Positions 12,020 to 23,621 of a stretch of DNA of 64,000 nt are shown piece by piece. Location of the stretch: positions 744,001 through 808,000 of the forward strand of contig MU008156.1 of assembly GCA_010909165.1 (NCBI GenBank), written 5' to 3'. Under the pieces are notes generated by a model. That model had not been told where the DNA came from and ran no database searches. It worked only from the letters and a program-made list of their open reading frames with translations. The DNA comes from Anthoceros angustus (lineage: Eukaryota; Plantae; Anthocerotophyta). Position 1 is the first letter of the stretch; every line of letters starts with the position of its first letter. The position numbers were made by a program, and so were the translations under genes.

Positions 12020-15000
12020 TTATGTCGATGTTCGGGAAGCATGTGTAGGCCAGTATGTCATGACCGAGATCTCCAGGTTCTTGGTTCTATTGCTGGGATG
12101 TGGTAGTGCACTCAATCTCAACCTATAGAAGGGCCCATATACTTCTCCGTCTACCAGAGTGTGGAAGGGTTTGCTGAAGTCCTTAGCCTGGATGATGACT
12201 TGCTTGGTGTGATAAGTATTAAGCCAGTTGGTAATATCATCCAGCACTCTGCACCTTCTCGTGGACTGAATCTCGGTTTCCATAAAACAAAGCTCCAGAA
12301 CATCCGTTCGGGGATCGCATCCCAGCCGCCGTTCAGATGGTCGAGGAACGTTTATGGCCAAAACTGCTGAGAAATGGCCGTGTATAGTTTGAAGTGGCAA
12401 TTCCCTCCCATCAAAATCCAGAGGATAGAAAATCAAGGTGACGGAAAGAGAGAAGATAGGTTTTAGTGTGTCCAGTGCATCCGAGTTGTAGAGATGTTTG
12501 GATGAAAGGCTCATCACAGGCTTTCGAGGAACACAATATGGGCTCACCAGCTCGGCCTGATGTGTTCCTGCTGCAAGTGCGGCTGGAAGCCCTAGTTCCA
12601 CCCGTCCGAAGAAGGGAATTGTGGTGTAGAAGTTTTTGTTGGCTTGAGTATCTCTATACCATGCCTCACAATTGAATATAACAATGTTCAATTTATATTG
12701 TGCTTCTAAATAATAATTTTCCACTTGCTGGGAGAGTAAAACTTTTGGCAACACACTTGTTTCTTGGTGACTTTGGATTTTCCAAGTCATGCCATGGGAG
12801 ATTGGAAGCTCCAGCAAATTAGCTTCCGAAGATCCAATGTATGGAATATAAGGAAGACTGTCGGTGAGAGGACGATATATTGTAGTGTCATACCATAAAT
12901 CTCTTTGTGCGATGTATGTTGCTAATACGTTTACATCCCCAAGTGGGAGTAAGTAAAAATTGAAATCTAATTTATCCATCAATATTCGATATTGACTAGA
13001 ATAGTACATATCAATATATCCTAATAAAATATATTGCAATGTTCCATCTCCTCCCGCTATTGTTACCCTAATGGTTTGCCTAGATTCTTCTGTTTCAGCC
13101 TCAGTTTTCAAAAATACCTCATCTTCTAGATTCACACCGTGTTTTGAGATGAATTTTTTCAGTAACTCTTCTCCACCTGTTTTAGTAAAACGAGGTGCAA
13201 AGGAAGGTAAGATGGGTCTCTGTTGACTCTCCATCTCCAAAACCTCACTTGCCATTGGCCTCCATATCATGTCGTCCTCTATGATGAGTTGATATCTCAT
13301 AGGTGTGGATCTACAAGTAGACATCCGAGTTTTTTGAAGAAAGTAGTGATGGAGAAGTTAGTATGAAAATATGCTCTGTGCATTCTTGTGTTCAAGAATC
13401 TATAAACTGGTTGCAATATTTGTATTGAATAAAGACCTGTTCATAAAATTATCAATTGTCGGTGCTTCACTGCTACTAGCTAATTCTTCTTTGGAAACTA
13501 AAACTTGAATGTGTTCGGCATTGATCAACTCGTTCCAAACTTCGATCACTCTTGATTTCATAAGTGAGTTGGCCTCACTTACTTTGATGACATCTTGTGC
13601 ATCTTCCATTATTGCTAAAAAGGCTTCAAAAATAATAGCTATAGACGTTTTCGGAACTTTCTTCCACATCTTCTCATTGAATTCCACACCACTTGCCATT
13701 AGAATTTGCAATATCATAATTTGTTTCATTCTCGTCGGCTCTAATTGTTCAATTACAATGTCTTGCCTTTCAATATCAAGCAAGGATTGAAACGTGAAAC
13801 TTGAGGGACATGTAGGGTTGAAAATAATGCTCAATGGTTCCAGTGGTTCTATTTTAATAATTCCACTGTGATCATAAGGAATTGATAACCTCTTGTCACT
13901 TTGTAACCATCTCTTCCGTAATGCATAGCCTATAATCTAAACATGATTATTTTCAGTTTTTCATATTGTAGGCACATGTTTTAAAGATGTTTGATTGGCC
14001 AATGTTTTACATATTTTTAAGTTTTAAAAAAATACAATCATTTCCACATACGCAAGCAATAAAGTAAGACTTGTACCAGGAGCTTTCATTTCACGAATGA
14101 TAAGCCTAACAGCCTCACGAGCATGTAAGCCTACTGGGAGAGGCCATTGCATGAACGTACTTATCGAAGCTTTCCATTGCCTTAAAAGGTCTTCATCAGC
14201 TACATGCTGCACCATATATCCATGAATTTTTGTTTTTGCATCCACAAATATATATAAGAGGATTTTCATTATTATATAAAAATTAAAAAAAATCTTTCAT
14301 GCTTACCAAGGATAAAAATTGCCGAACCATAAAGAATAAACAATTAATTTGCAGCTCATGCGAAGGAGTGAAAACTGTTTTCATGTCTCTCTCGATCAAT
14401 TGTATCGTAGCGGCAAGACCATGTTGTGTCTCTGCAGCAAATCCCGTCAATAGCTGTTGTTGTAACCATAAATACATCCATCCTCCACCTACAAGGCTAG
14501 ACAAATTAAAAATGGAGAATAAATACACCTACAAGTCAGTAATTAAAACAGGGAGAAATTTTGGAATGTTAAATGTTTACAGAGATGTATTGTAATCATC
14601 TTCTAATTGCCCTCAACAAACTATTTGAAGATGTTGGAGGTGAAAGCTCAATACAAAGAAGGCTATTGTCCGAAGCCGAAACCTCGCTGGACATGAAAGC
14701 AGCACATTGAGCTAGTAGCGGGGGAATCATTATTGAGTGACCCTCGAGAGAACCCCATTTCAAGATCTGCAGCACCTGAAATCACATACGTATGTACCTT
14801 TATGGCGTGTGTGTGTGGAGATATGTGAGGGCATTGAGGGGGAGAAGTACAATATTGACAGCATGAATGAAAACTTACCACTGTCGTCCATGTGGGTTTG
14901 GGTGGCTCAACCTTAGCAACCTTTGCAGGTGGAGGAGGTTTGCCATCCTTTTCTTTGACGTCATTTTCAGCTTGCTTTTGATTTTTTTTCTCCTCGGCCT

Positions 15001-15990
15001 TCCTGTCGTCTTCGAGCTTTTTATCGAACTTGTTCAACATGGCGTGGACTTCCTCATCCTTAACATCGATAGTGAAGAAGAGCGCCATGATGAGAACAGT
15101 GTTGAGAATTGCAGCCCTCATCGATGTCTTGATGTCTGTGCAAGGGTGTCCTTACTGTCAAGGCCTGACGGTGAGTAACCCTGAAGGATGTTTCACATGA
15201 TGCAGATAGAAGGAGAAGCAAGGACGAGGATACAGTAAGAAGCCCCGACTTGGATGGCAGGGAACTTGAAGGTCCGGGTCATGGGAACAGCTCCTTCTGC
15301 CTGGATGGTGCCATCCTTGTTGTGGTCCATGGCCACACTCCAGGACCTGCAAAGTGGCTTACTCCCCCCCACTCTCTTCACCAGGTCCCTGTTGTCCAGA
15401 CGGTCCCTCTCCATCTCAAACAGCCTCTTCAACAAGGCGGCAACCACCACGCCGGCCACATCTATCTTGGTCAGCTGCTGCCAGAAGGACGAGAACCTCT
15501 CCAGATCGAACAAGGGCTGCTGATCCTTCTTCCTCCTCCCACGCCGGCCCCAGGTTTTGAAAGCCTGCCTCAGCTCGTGGCTGAAGTTGCTGTAGTTGAT
15601 GCAAGTGACCGAGGCCTCATCCTTGCTCCCGCAATTCAAGCTCAGATCTGCTCAATCCCAGCCAATCGAATCCAAGCCAAGCCCCTCGTCCATTAGGGTT
15701 TCCAAGGTTCCTGAAGGTGGAAGTTTAAAGCTTCACTGCTGTACGTGTGCCCACCCAGACGCTTCCGCTGGTTGATGGTGGTGGCCTTCATGAGAATGAC
15801 GAGTTCATCCCGAATCTGGCTGGTGATATCCACCGGCGCCTCGGAGTCCCTCCCCCAATTTAGCAACGACGAGAAGGTCTTCACCACGCGCAAGCGACGA
15901 AGGATCGAACCTCAGCTCCAGCAATCATCACCGCAACTTCACGAGCTGAAAACAACCGAACCCGCCACGTACCTTCTGCGCATCGTCCAT
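12020..15990 (-). CDS. Multi-exon gene for a protein resembling PI3K-gamma regulatory subunits p101/p87 (PIK3R5/PIK3R6), with a PACS-like C-terminal region; 5' structure uncertain
   Basis: Inferred exons include 14488-14307, 14206-14077, 13929-~13437 and ~13310-12020. Spliced motifs DLLRQW..ISTFMQWPLPVG...IIREMKAPGYALRKRW, IRVTIAGGD...FNFYLLPLG..VLATYIAQRDLWY, VENYYLEAQYKLNIVIFNCE, IPFFGRVELG and LVDGE...ISVMTYW parallel recalled p101 motifs (FLTWPVPY...ELKAPGISY; LRVVVFGSD...FFYVP; YLG.LDPWY; LPIMTF). The upstream coding-like stretches (14660-15990) may be further exons or a separate gene. Confidence 0.55.
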
Positions 15991-16723
15991 TGCGTACGGC
16001 GTCGGGTCTGGATCAGCACAAGAGCTTCAGATCACCTCACAGTCCATATCCTCCTTCCCATCCCATCCCATCCCATCCGCTGCTCCTTCCTTCCTTTCTC
16101 CCGTCTCGCTTCCTTCTCTTCCATCCCTTCCTTCCGTCTCCCCCGGCGGACCGTTGAAGCGTCCGGGCGGTTACATGATGGTAAATCCAAGTTACCACGG
16201 CACGGCATGATGGCAGATCAAAGTCAAATGTTTTCAACCAGGCGTCACGATTTGGTCAAAGTCAAAGAATGTTTGGTCGGTAGACTGGTGGCAGCGACTT
16301 GAATGTGAGAGGGCGAGGCGCGACGGCGAAACCCCCTTCCGCCGGGGATGCTTCGGGCGCAGCGCCCAAGTGGGGCCTGCCTGCCTGCCATCCCCCGCGG
16401 CACCAATTCTTAGCCCTCTCCTCCCCTCCGCTTACGGCATCGCACTTCACCACCCCCTCTAGCCCTGTCGCCCCGCCCCCGCTGCCCTCTCACGCCGGGA
16501 GGCGGAAGAGGACGCCACTGCCGCGCCCTCTGGATTCCTGCCAGGCAGATGTATGGAATCAGCGTTACATTGCTGACGATCGCTGCAACCCCGCCATCTC
16601 CTTCCTCCTGTCCCTCCTTCCTTCCTCTTCCAGGATTCTTCCCCATCGCTCCGGCTCCGCCATGGATCGAGCTCTCCCGCGCCGGGTGCGCTGATCCGGG
16701 TCGAGAAGCAAGGCAGGATCAGG

Positions 16724-18091
16724 ATGAGGAACCCGCTGAAGCAAGGGCGCCTCAAGCCCCCGCGGGGACAGGCCTTCGGGTGCGGGATGTTCGGGGTTTG
16801 CGCGCAGGACGTGCTCAGCCCCAAGTCCCCCCCGGGGATGCTCAAGGACGGGAGCAGGCGGCGCCCGGACCCGGTCGGCGACCAGGAGGCAGCGACCGGG
16901 AGGGAGGAAGAAGGCGGGAATTTGAACGAGGCGGGTGCCCTGGAGGAGGCGAGGAGCGGGTCGGGAGGGAGCTGGGAGGAGAAGCGCGGGATGCTGTTGG
17001 ACTCGCCGTTGGCCGGAGAGGGGAGGGCGGGGGCGGATGAGGTTGCCCTAAAGCATGCAAGATCTGGCGATGGCGGTGCAGCGGAGTGCTCGGACTCGCC
17101 GTTTCATTACGATTTGTTGCTGGGGGCGTCTACTTCTAGGGATTCGGACGTGCGGTTCATCGACGCGCTGGTGAGGGAGGTGGCGGGGGGCAGCCCGGGG
17201 CAGGCCGCGCTCGGGAGCCTGCTGCAGCTGGCCAAGGAAAGCGAGAGCTACCGGAGGCGGATGGTGGAGGCGGACGTGGTGCCGGGGCTGCTGGCCGTGT
17301 TCGCCACTACGGAGGTGAGCGTGGAGGGCGGGGAGCAGGGGTTAGCGGAGGGGTTCAGCCTGCTGGCGCTGCTGGCGTCGGACCTGGAGGTGCGGCCGAT
17401 GCTGGCCAGCCCGCCCTTCCTGTCCGTGGCAAGCTACTACCTCAACATGGGGAGCCCGGGGTCCAGGCTGGACGCGGCCTACATGCTGGAGAAGGTGGCG
17501 GTGGTGGAGGGGCTGAAGGAGACCGTGGGGAGCTCGGCGCTGGTGATGGAGGGCGTGGTGAACCTGCTGCGGGACAGGACGCATTTCTGGAGCTACCGGA
17601 AGGTGGTGAAGTCGGCCACCAAGACGCTGCTGGCGCTGTGCCTGGAGAAGGAGAACAGGAGCAGGGCGGCGGATGCCGGGGCCGTGGCCGCGTTGCTGGA
17701 GATCCTCCCGGACGCCACGGCCGTGCCCGCCGAGCGGGCGCTGGCCACGCTGGAGCTCCTGGCCACCACCGAGGACGGGAGGCAGGCGCTGCTGCACCAC
17801 GCCCTCGCCGTGCCCATCCTCGTCACCATGATCCTCAAGGTGTCGAATCGGGGGTCGGAGTACGCTGCCGGCGTCCTGTGCGCCATGTGCGGCACGGACG
17901 ATGCCCGTGCGCAGGAGGCTGCCATCCAGGTCGGAGCCCCCACCCAGCTCCTGCTCCTCATCCAGAGCGACTGCACTGCCAGAGCACGCCGCAAGGCCAT
18001 GCAGCTTCTCAAGATCCTGCATAAGAGGTGGGAGGAAAGCCCCTGCAACCCCGACTCCTTCCTGGCCCGATCCAAGCCCGTCCTTCTCTGA
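16724..18091 (+). CDS. Intronless armadillo-repeat protein related to the ARM region of plant U-box (PUB) E3 ligases; no U-box seen
   Basis: 455-aa ORF with LAKESE..RR.M.EADVVP.L, L.ALCL..ENR.RA..AGAV.AL.E.L, ERALATLELL...EDGR, ILKVS..GSEYA.GVL.A.C and LLLLIQSDCT.RARRKA..LLK, typical of PUB ARM domains. Confidence 0.85.
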   Translation: MRNPLKQGRLKPPRGQAFGCGMFGVCAQDVLSPKSPPGMLKDGSRRRPDPVGDQEAATGREEEGGNLNEAGALEEARSGSGGSWEEKRGMLLDSPLAGEGRAGADEVALKHARSGDGGAAECSDSPFHYDLLLGASTSRDSDVRFIDALVREVAGGSPGQAALGSLLQLAKESESYRRRMVEADVVPGLLAVFATTEVSVEGGEQGLAEGFSLLALLASDLEVRPMLASPPFLSVASYYLNMGSPGSRLDAAYMLEKVAVVEGLKETVGSSALVMEGVVNLLRDRTHFWSYRKVVKSATKTLLALCLEKENRSRAADAGAVAALLEILPDATAVPAERALATLELLATTEDGRQALLHHALAVPILVTMILKVSNRGSEYAAGVLCAMCGTDDARAQEAAIQVGAPTQLLLLIQSDCTARARRKAMQLLKILHKRWEESPCNPDSFLARSKPVLL

Positions 18092-18727
18092 TGGCCAGCG
18101 CATACCATACCAAGGTTAGTTTGTACCATAGCAGCGATCTTAGCAAAGGACAGGAGTAGCTTATCAGGCATAGAAGAGAAGAGACGATAGCCTCCCCAAT
18201 TTTCCCACACCCTTCATCCATCCATACATCCATCGCTGTACAGAAGCTGATTACCGCCGCGTTCACTAGGCTGAGACTCGAGAGTAGGAATGTGTATCTA
18301 TGTCGTATCGGAATTAGGGTTTAGTGCGCAGGACTGGGTGTCATGCTTTTCTGCCTGCTCCAGAACTGCCGCACAACGCAATCTGCATCACGGTAGTGTA
18401 TGTACTCTCCGCTGGATAGATACAAGAGACAGCTTTTGTGCGCAGATGTTCAGTCAAACTGCAAACTCCATGCATGGAGCGACTGAAAGTGGGCGGGGTT
18501 CTGCCTCCTTTATTACCGATCACCCTTGACAAGGATCAGGTTCCACTTCGGAGAAACTCTTGGCCAGCACAATATGTGGAGAGATTTGTAACCTAGGCTA
18601 CTATCATACATCTGCCGGAGAGGCTCGTTCTCACGAAAGGAAAGGAGTGGAGTTTCTGTTTAGGACAATTCGCTGATCTCATCTGCACCTGCAGAGGTGG
18701 AACCCTAGCCTCGTCTTCCACACCACT

Positions 18728-19378
18728 TCATCGCGGTATTATCTTGGAGTCGCAAGCTACAATCTTCACCCTCTCCACGTGCTGCGCGTCATTGTCTGTC
18801 TTGAACACCGCCTTCTCCAGGATGAAGGTCCATACGTTGTCGCAGAACCGGTAGGTATGGAGATGGCCCTGCGGAGGAGAAACACACATGTTGGGATCAC
18901 CTCGTCCTCCAACACCAACTGGGAGGAAGGAAGGATGGAAGGAAGTAAGCCCAGCCTTGCTACCTACCTTGAAACTCGTCTTGGACTTGACCCTGGCCTG
19001 GAGGGCATCAGAGATGGACTGCACATCAGAGACCAGGAACATGAGGCACACGCTCAACAAGCACAAAACCTTCCCTGCTCAAAGACCTAACCAGCCAGCC
19101 AACGCAAGAATGTGCTATCATCATAACTCAGGAACAGCTCATGTGGCGGGAAACTCCTTCCACGATTGCTGGAAACAGCTTCCTAGGACACGAGCTGCTA
19201 GCTAGGAGCAAGCAACCCGCCGGGCGGGCGCGCTGATTGAGGCCAGCACCTTGTCAAACTGCATTAGAACTTTGACGGCAAGAAGAGGCGGGATCGAGCC
19301 TCCTATCACGAGCTCGTCCAGCGCTTCTGTCAAGCATGTTCCGATTGAGGACTTGCGGTAGATCTCAATGGTGCTCAT
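18728..19378 (-). CDS. TFIIA-S: Transcription initiation factor IIA gamma (small) subunit
   Basis: Exons 19378-19250, 19018-18968, 18868-18728 give [24 protein letters not shown]...VLMQFDK / [17 protein letters not shown] / [17 protein letters not shown]...VKIVACDSK. Confidence 0.96.
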
Positions 19379-19829
19379 ACTGGAGGAAGAGCTAGCCCTT
19401 TCCTTCCCACTCCGCTCCTGTGCACTTTCGAGACTTGTCTATTTTTCAGCAGGAATCCGGGCATAGGGTTCTGGCATTTTATATATGATGGTGTGAGAGC
19501 GCAATACTTACACTTTAGACTAATTAGGTCATCTCGAATTCGATGGTATCATATTTTAGTTGTAGTTTTCCTTGTGTCACCCGTTGTCAACTTGTCACCA
19601 GATGCCATGGTCACCAACGCCTGCCCTAGTTAAAATACGTATTACCATAGTAGATACAGCTGTTAGACACACCACTGCCCAATGGATTGTTATTTTTGGC
19701 GCTAGGTTATTAGGTTAAGTCAAATTAATTTATACAGTAAAATATTAGAAATATATAAATTTATATTTTTAAACACCTAGAAATACCTACCTCTTTCCTT
19801 CATGATGGGCTCTCTCTGCCCCCATCTTG

Positions 19830-20997
19830 TCCTCACGTTTCTTAATTCGGCATTCACATATCGTGGAGGCTTTTGTCGCGGGCGATAAGGAGGGGACTTT
19901 TCCCATGCAAGTCTCGCTAAGTTTAGCTAGGAACTCTTTATCCTCCGAGGCAAGGGCTGCCATGCCGTCTTTTTCCTCGCTTCCCGAGGTTGGGCTCCAG
20001 GGGCTTCAGGCATCCCTCCTGGAGAAACAGTACGGGTAGGCGCAGTTGGCCCTCCTCCGGGATTCCTCCATTCCTAAGCCCACTCAGGCTCATCTCCGCT
20101 CTTGCTCGGGAAAGAGGACAGGTTCTTGGCTTCTGGCTCGACCCAATATTCAGGCGTTCCGCATCACACTAACAACTTTTTCCACCGCAATGCGTTTTCG
20201 TCTGGGCTTGGTCCATCCTCTGGCTTGCTCTCTTTCAACTTGCAGCTGCGGGGCCCCTCTCGATGACTCCGGGACTTGGCTCCCTGTCCCGCGGGTGGGC
20301 AGCATATCGCTACACATGACGCCATCCGGGATGTCATGTTTTCTATTATTAGGGAAAGTGGGTTCCTTCCATTTAGGGAGTGCCCTTACACCCTGCTCAA
20401 CGAGGTTTCACTTAGGGCTGATCTATTTTTGACCCGGGGGATCAGGTTTCAGTTGCTGATATGGTTGTAACCGATCCCACCCAGAACAATGTCTGCGAAC
20501 ATGTTATCCTTAACCCTCCAGGTTGGGCGGCAAAGGGATGCACGACATCTAAGGTCCACAAGTACTCTCCTATGCAGGACGGCCACGCCTTCGTCCTCAT
20601 TGCCATCGAGACTCACGGAGCCATGGCAAGGATTTCTCTAGATTCGTCAAGGCCTCTGCCAAGGCTTATCACAGCCGCAACAATGAGGTTGGCCTCCCCC
20701 TTTCTTATATTGTTGCTTTCTTCCGGCAAAGGGTTTCCATCGCTCTGCAGAGGGCGTTGGCCAACACAGTGTACAGAACGACAGCGACCGCGAGAAATGC
20801 AGCTTCTTAGATACCGGTGGTAAGTAGGCCTTTTCACATCCCTCACCACGAAGTTCTTCGGGCGGTTGATAGTTTTGAAATGCGTGATTGTGGAGGCTAG
20901 TCCCCCTAGCATGGTGCCCTTCGTTGGATTTTTTTCCCCCTTGTCTTTGGGGTGGATGGGTTTTTCCCATCTCTTTTCAATAATAAAGTCTTCTTTT
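19830..20997 (+). mobile_element. Degenerate 3' fragment of an RLE-type (CRE-like) non-LTR retrotransposon
   Basis: Frameshifted ORF pieces: AHLRSCSG...GSWLLARP...FSTAMRFRLGL...CSCGAPLDDSG, C..GG..IATHDAIRD (zinc knuckle), RADL...D.VVTDP and FVLIAIETHG (PD-(D/E)xK-type endonuclease). The AT-rich 3' end has aataaa near 20981. Confidence 0.7.
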
Positions 20998-22327
20998 CCT
21001 TCCTTCATGATTAGGGTTTCACATCCTAATGAAATTTGAAAAGATACCTACTTATACAAGATTGATTTTATACTTGATTGTCTAAGTATTACAATTCCAT
21101 CTATCCAACAAACTCTTTTGAACTTTACGGAGATCTATATAAAGGAGAAGCAAATAGAATTGCCGCATAATTGTCTCATGTTCCAAGAGGAGTTGGCAAG
21201 AAAGTTCCAAATTGACAATTGTGGAATGTCTCTAAGATGGCCAAGGAACATAATGGTTGCAATATTAGTGCCTTGAAGCACAAATGACCATCATAAATGA
21301 CAATGGCCCTACTCTAGATTTTGTGGATACCACCGTCCAAGTTGAAGATGAGTTACTCCTATTTTTTTCTACTTATTTATGGTTTCTATAGATAATTTTT
21401 CTCCTCTTTTTATCTTCTCTCTTTTTTATTTTTCTTTCTCTCCTCTCAATTTTTAAATGATCTTATGCGTCTTTTTAGGGACTTCCTTATGGTGTACCAA
21501 GAGCACCAAGATGGTCCTCACACATAAGCGCGATGCTGCACAATAGCAAGCACACACCGGATTGTCAAATTTGTCAGGCGCTTGCACCAATGGATCAATA
21601 ACACTACGGTCATGAGGACTTACAATTTTGGATAATGAATTTGTGATTTCAGAAAAATACCCATAACAAAAATAATGGTCTTAATATATACGGAATGTAA
21701 AAAATATACGTCACAGCCGTAATACATAGAATATGTCTGGTTATCCAAAGGCGTATTGAAGATAATTACCAAGGGAAAGATAATAGTCCACTGAATTAAA
21801 GTAACAAGGGAAAAAAAGTTTTTTTTTTGTAGTGTGGTGTCGCTATGATTTAAACAAGTTTACTTGCAAAATACTCCTTATGTTCTCAAATTTTTAATTT
21901 TATTTTCACTGAAGAGATGAGTTTTTTTCATATCTTTGTCTTATTACAAATTCCATGTATTGCTCCTTTTTCGTATGGTGCTAGTTTTTTTGAACAACTT
22001 AGATGGTTGGGGGGGATCGAGAGGGGAGGGTATACAGTAACCATCGAGCTATGCTACCTCCCATAGCATCGATCCCACGTGTATTGTCGTTGTCTAGTAT
22101 ATCCTACATATGGCACCTGTTCAGTAGAATTCTTAACATGCGATTTTGTTACAAGCATGCCTTCACATGTAAAGACCATCAAGTAGTAGATCCCTCCAAA
22201 AGGAAACCTTGTACTTCTAAGTCCATCTAATACTAAGCCCATCCAAGAAAACCAATACCACCAATATGACCAGGTTCCGCTGGTTTATCATAGAATAATC
22301 TTCCAATCCATACATTCTTATTAAATT

Positions 22328-23054
22328 CAAGAAGATTTTATTGAGGTGAAAAAACGATGGGAAAAGCCCATCTAGGAGGGGACAACCAAAGGGGACCAGG
22401 GGTCGAGGTGAAGAGGAGCAAATAAGCTCCCTACCTAAAGTCACCCATCGCACCCACAATGTCATATGCGTGAAGAATAAACGGCCCGCAAACCACGGAG
22501 GTAGAGGAAGATGCGTCACCCACTGCCGCCGCCTTGTGGAGGATCGCTGAGAGCGCCTGAAGGGCAATTGAAACCCATTGTCGGAAGTATCGTGAAGTAC
22601 GAGAGGGGACAGACCGTGTCACGTGCATGGTAAGCTTTGGCACAGACTTGACAAATTTGTCAAAGTCCTCGCCCATTGCCCCATACGCTTCTAGTGCAAG
22701 CGAATAAGAGGTGGCCCGCTTGCATCCCGCTATATTTGCGGACCTTGAGAGCCGCCGCCGGCAGCAGCCCAACTCGACGGTTAGTGATGACCGAGGAGAT
22801 GGTGTCTCGTGTAGGATCGGTAACCACCACATCTCGCCATCAAACCGGTCGCCACGGACAAGGTACAGTCACCGATTGAACGACCAGACGGAGAGTATAC
22901 ATCCGCCTCCTCCATGCCATGTAGCCGCCATGATGGCGAACTTGACATCGCGATGGCGCGTGAGTGGCAATGCGACCGTGAGGGGACAACGAGCAAGGTG
23001 TACCCCAGAATCATCGAGGGCAGAGCCGCACTCGCAAGTAAGGAGCGAAGAACA
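22328..23054 (-). mobile_element. 5'-truncated copy of a related non-LTR retroelement inserted in the first array spacer, with an 11-bp target-site duplication
   Basis: CECGSALDDSGVHLARC...TRHRDV, DVVVTDP and LALEAYGAMG motifs. Flanked by cttattaaatt at 22317-22327 and 23055-23065; this site is single-copy in the other array units. Confidence 0.85.
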
Positions 23055-23621
23055 CTTATTAAATTTGAGCATCCATTTCACTTACCTTAAGCTCCAAAGC
23101 TAGCCTTTTCTATAAGCCGCATACTTGCCATAATTGCACAGTTGCTAATTTTGGGACTCCTTACAATGACACATGTATGGACTACCCCTATAGACAACAT
23201 TCTCTCTATAAATTACGTAGTAATATATATAAGCGTGTTTCCAAGCATATAACTACTTCTATAAGCATGACTTGTTAATGTATATAGTTCTTAGTTTACC
23301 TCATTTTATTTTCTTATTGTATTTCAACGGTTCTTATTTCTAGCTTTATACAACTATTTTAGGGATGGTTCTAAGTTAGAAGTTCATACCCCTATATGAG
23401 GATATAGGCTAGTACAAAGTCAAAGCAAGACTACATACTCCAAGAAAAATCTCGATAGTTCACACTATTGTGCTATATATGTAAATACAACATTTGATTG
23501 AGCTCAAGAAGCTTTATGAGTTACTTGAGTTTTTCGAATCAAAATTATTCGCCATCGGTCAAATCTCCCTTGTACGTAAATCAAACTTGTGACCTAGTTG
23601 CCTAAACTGTGGGGCATCAAG

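Noticed and set aside
13035-13065. GGDGT motif as evidence for a diacylglycerol/sphingosine kinase
   Set aside because: Other kinase motifs (NP.SG, PLGTGND) are not intact and the flanking motifs fit p101/PACS better; kept only as an alternative.
11823-21020. Isolated telomere-like words (taaccctaaccc at 11824; ttagggttt at 15693, 18314 and 21012)
   Set aside because: Single copies only, which is not enough for an interstitial telomere or a supported telo-box call.
21060-21640. Possible decayed coding fragment (e.g. GLPYGVPRAPRW after a pyrimidine tract and AG)
   Set aside because: It has multiple stops and no family I can recognise.
21818-21834. ttttttttgtagtg as a CACTA transposon terminus
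   Set aside because: It coincides with the array spacer sequence (ttatttttgtagtacgg in other units), and no matching opposite TIR or transposase was recognised.
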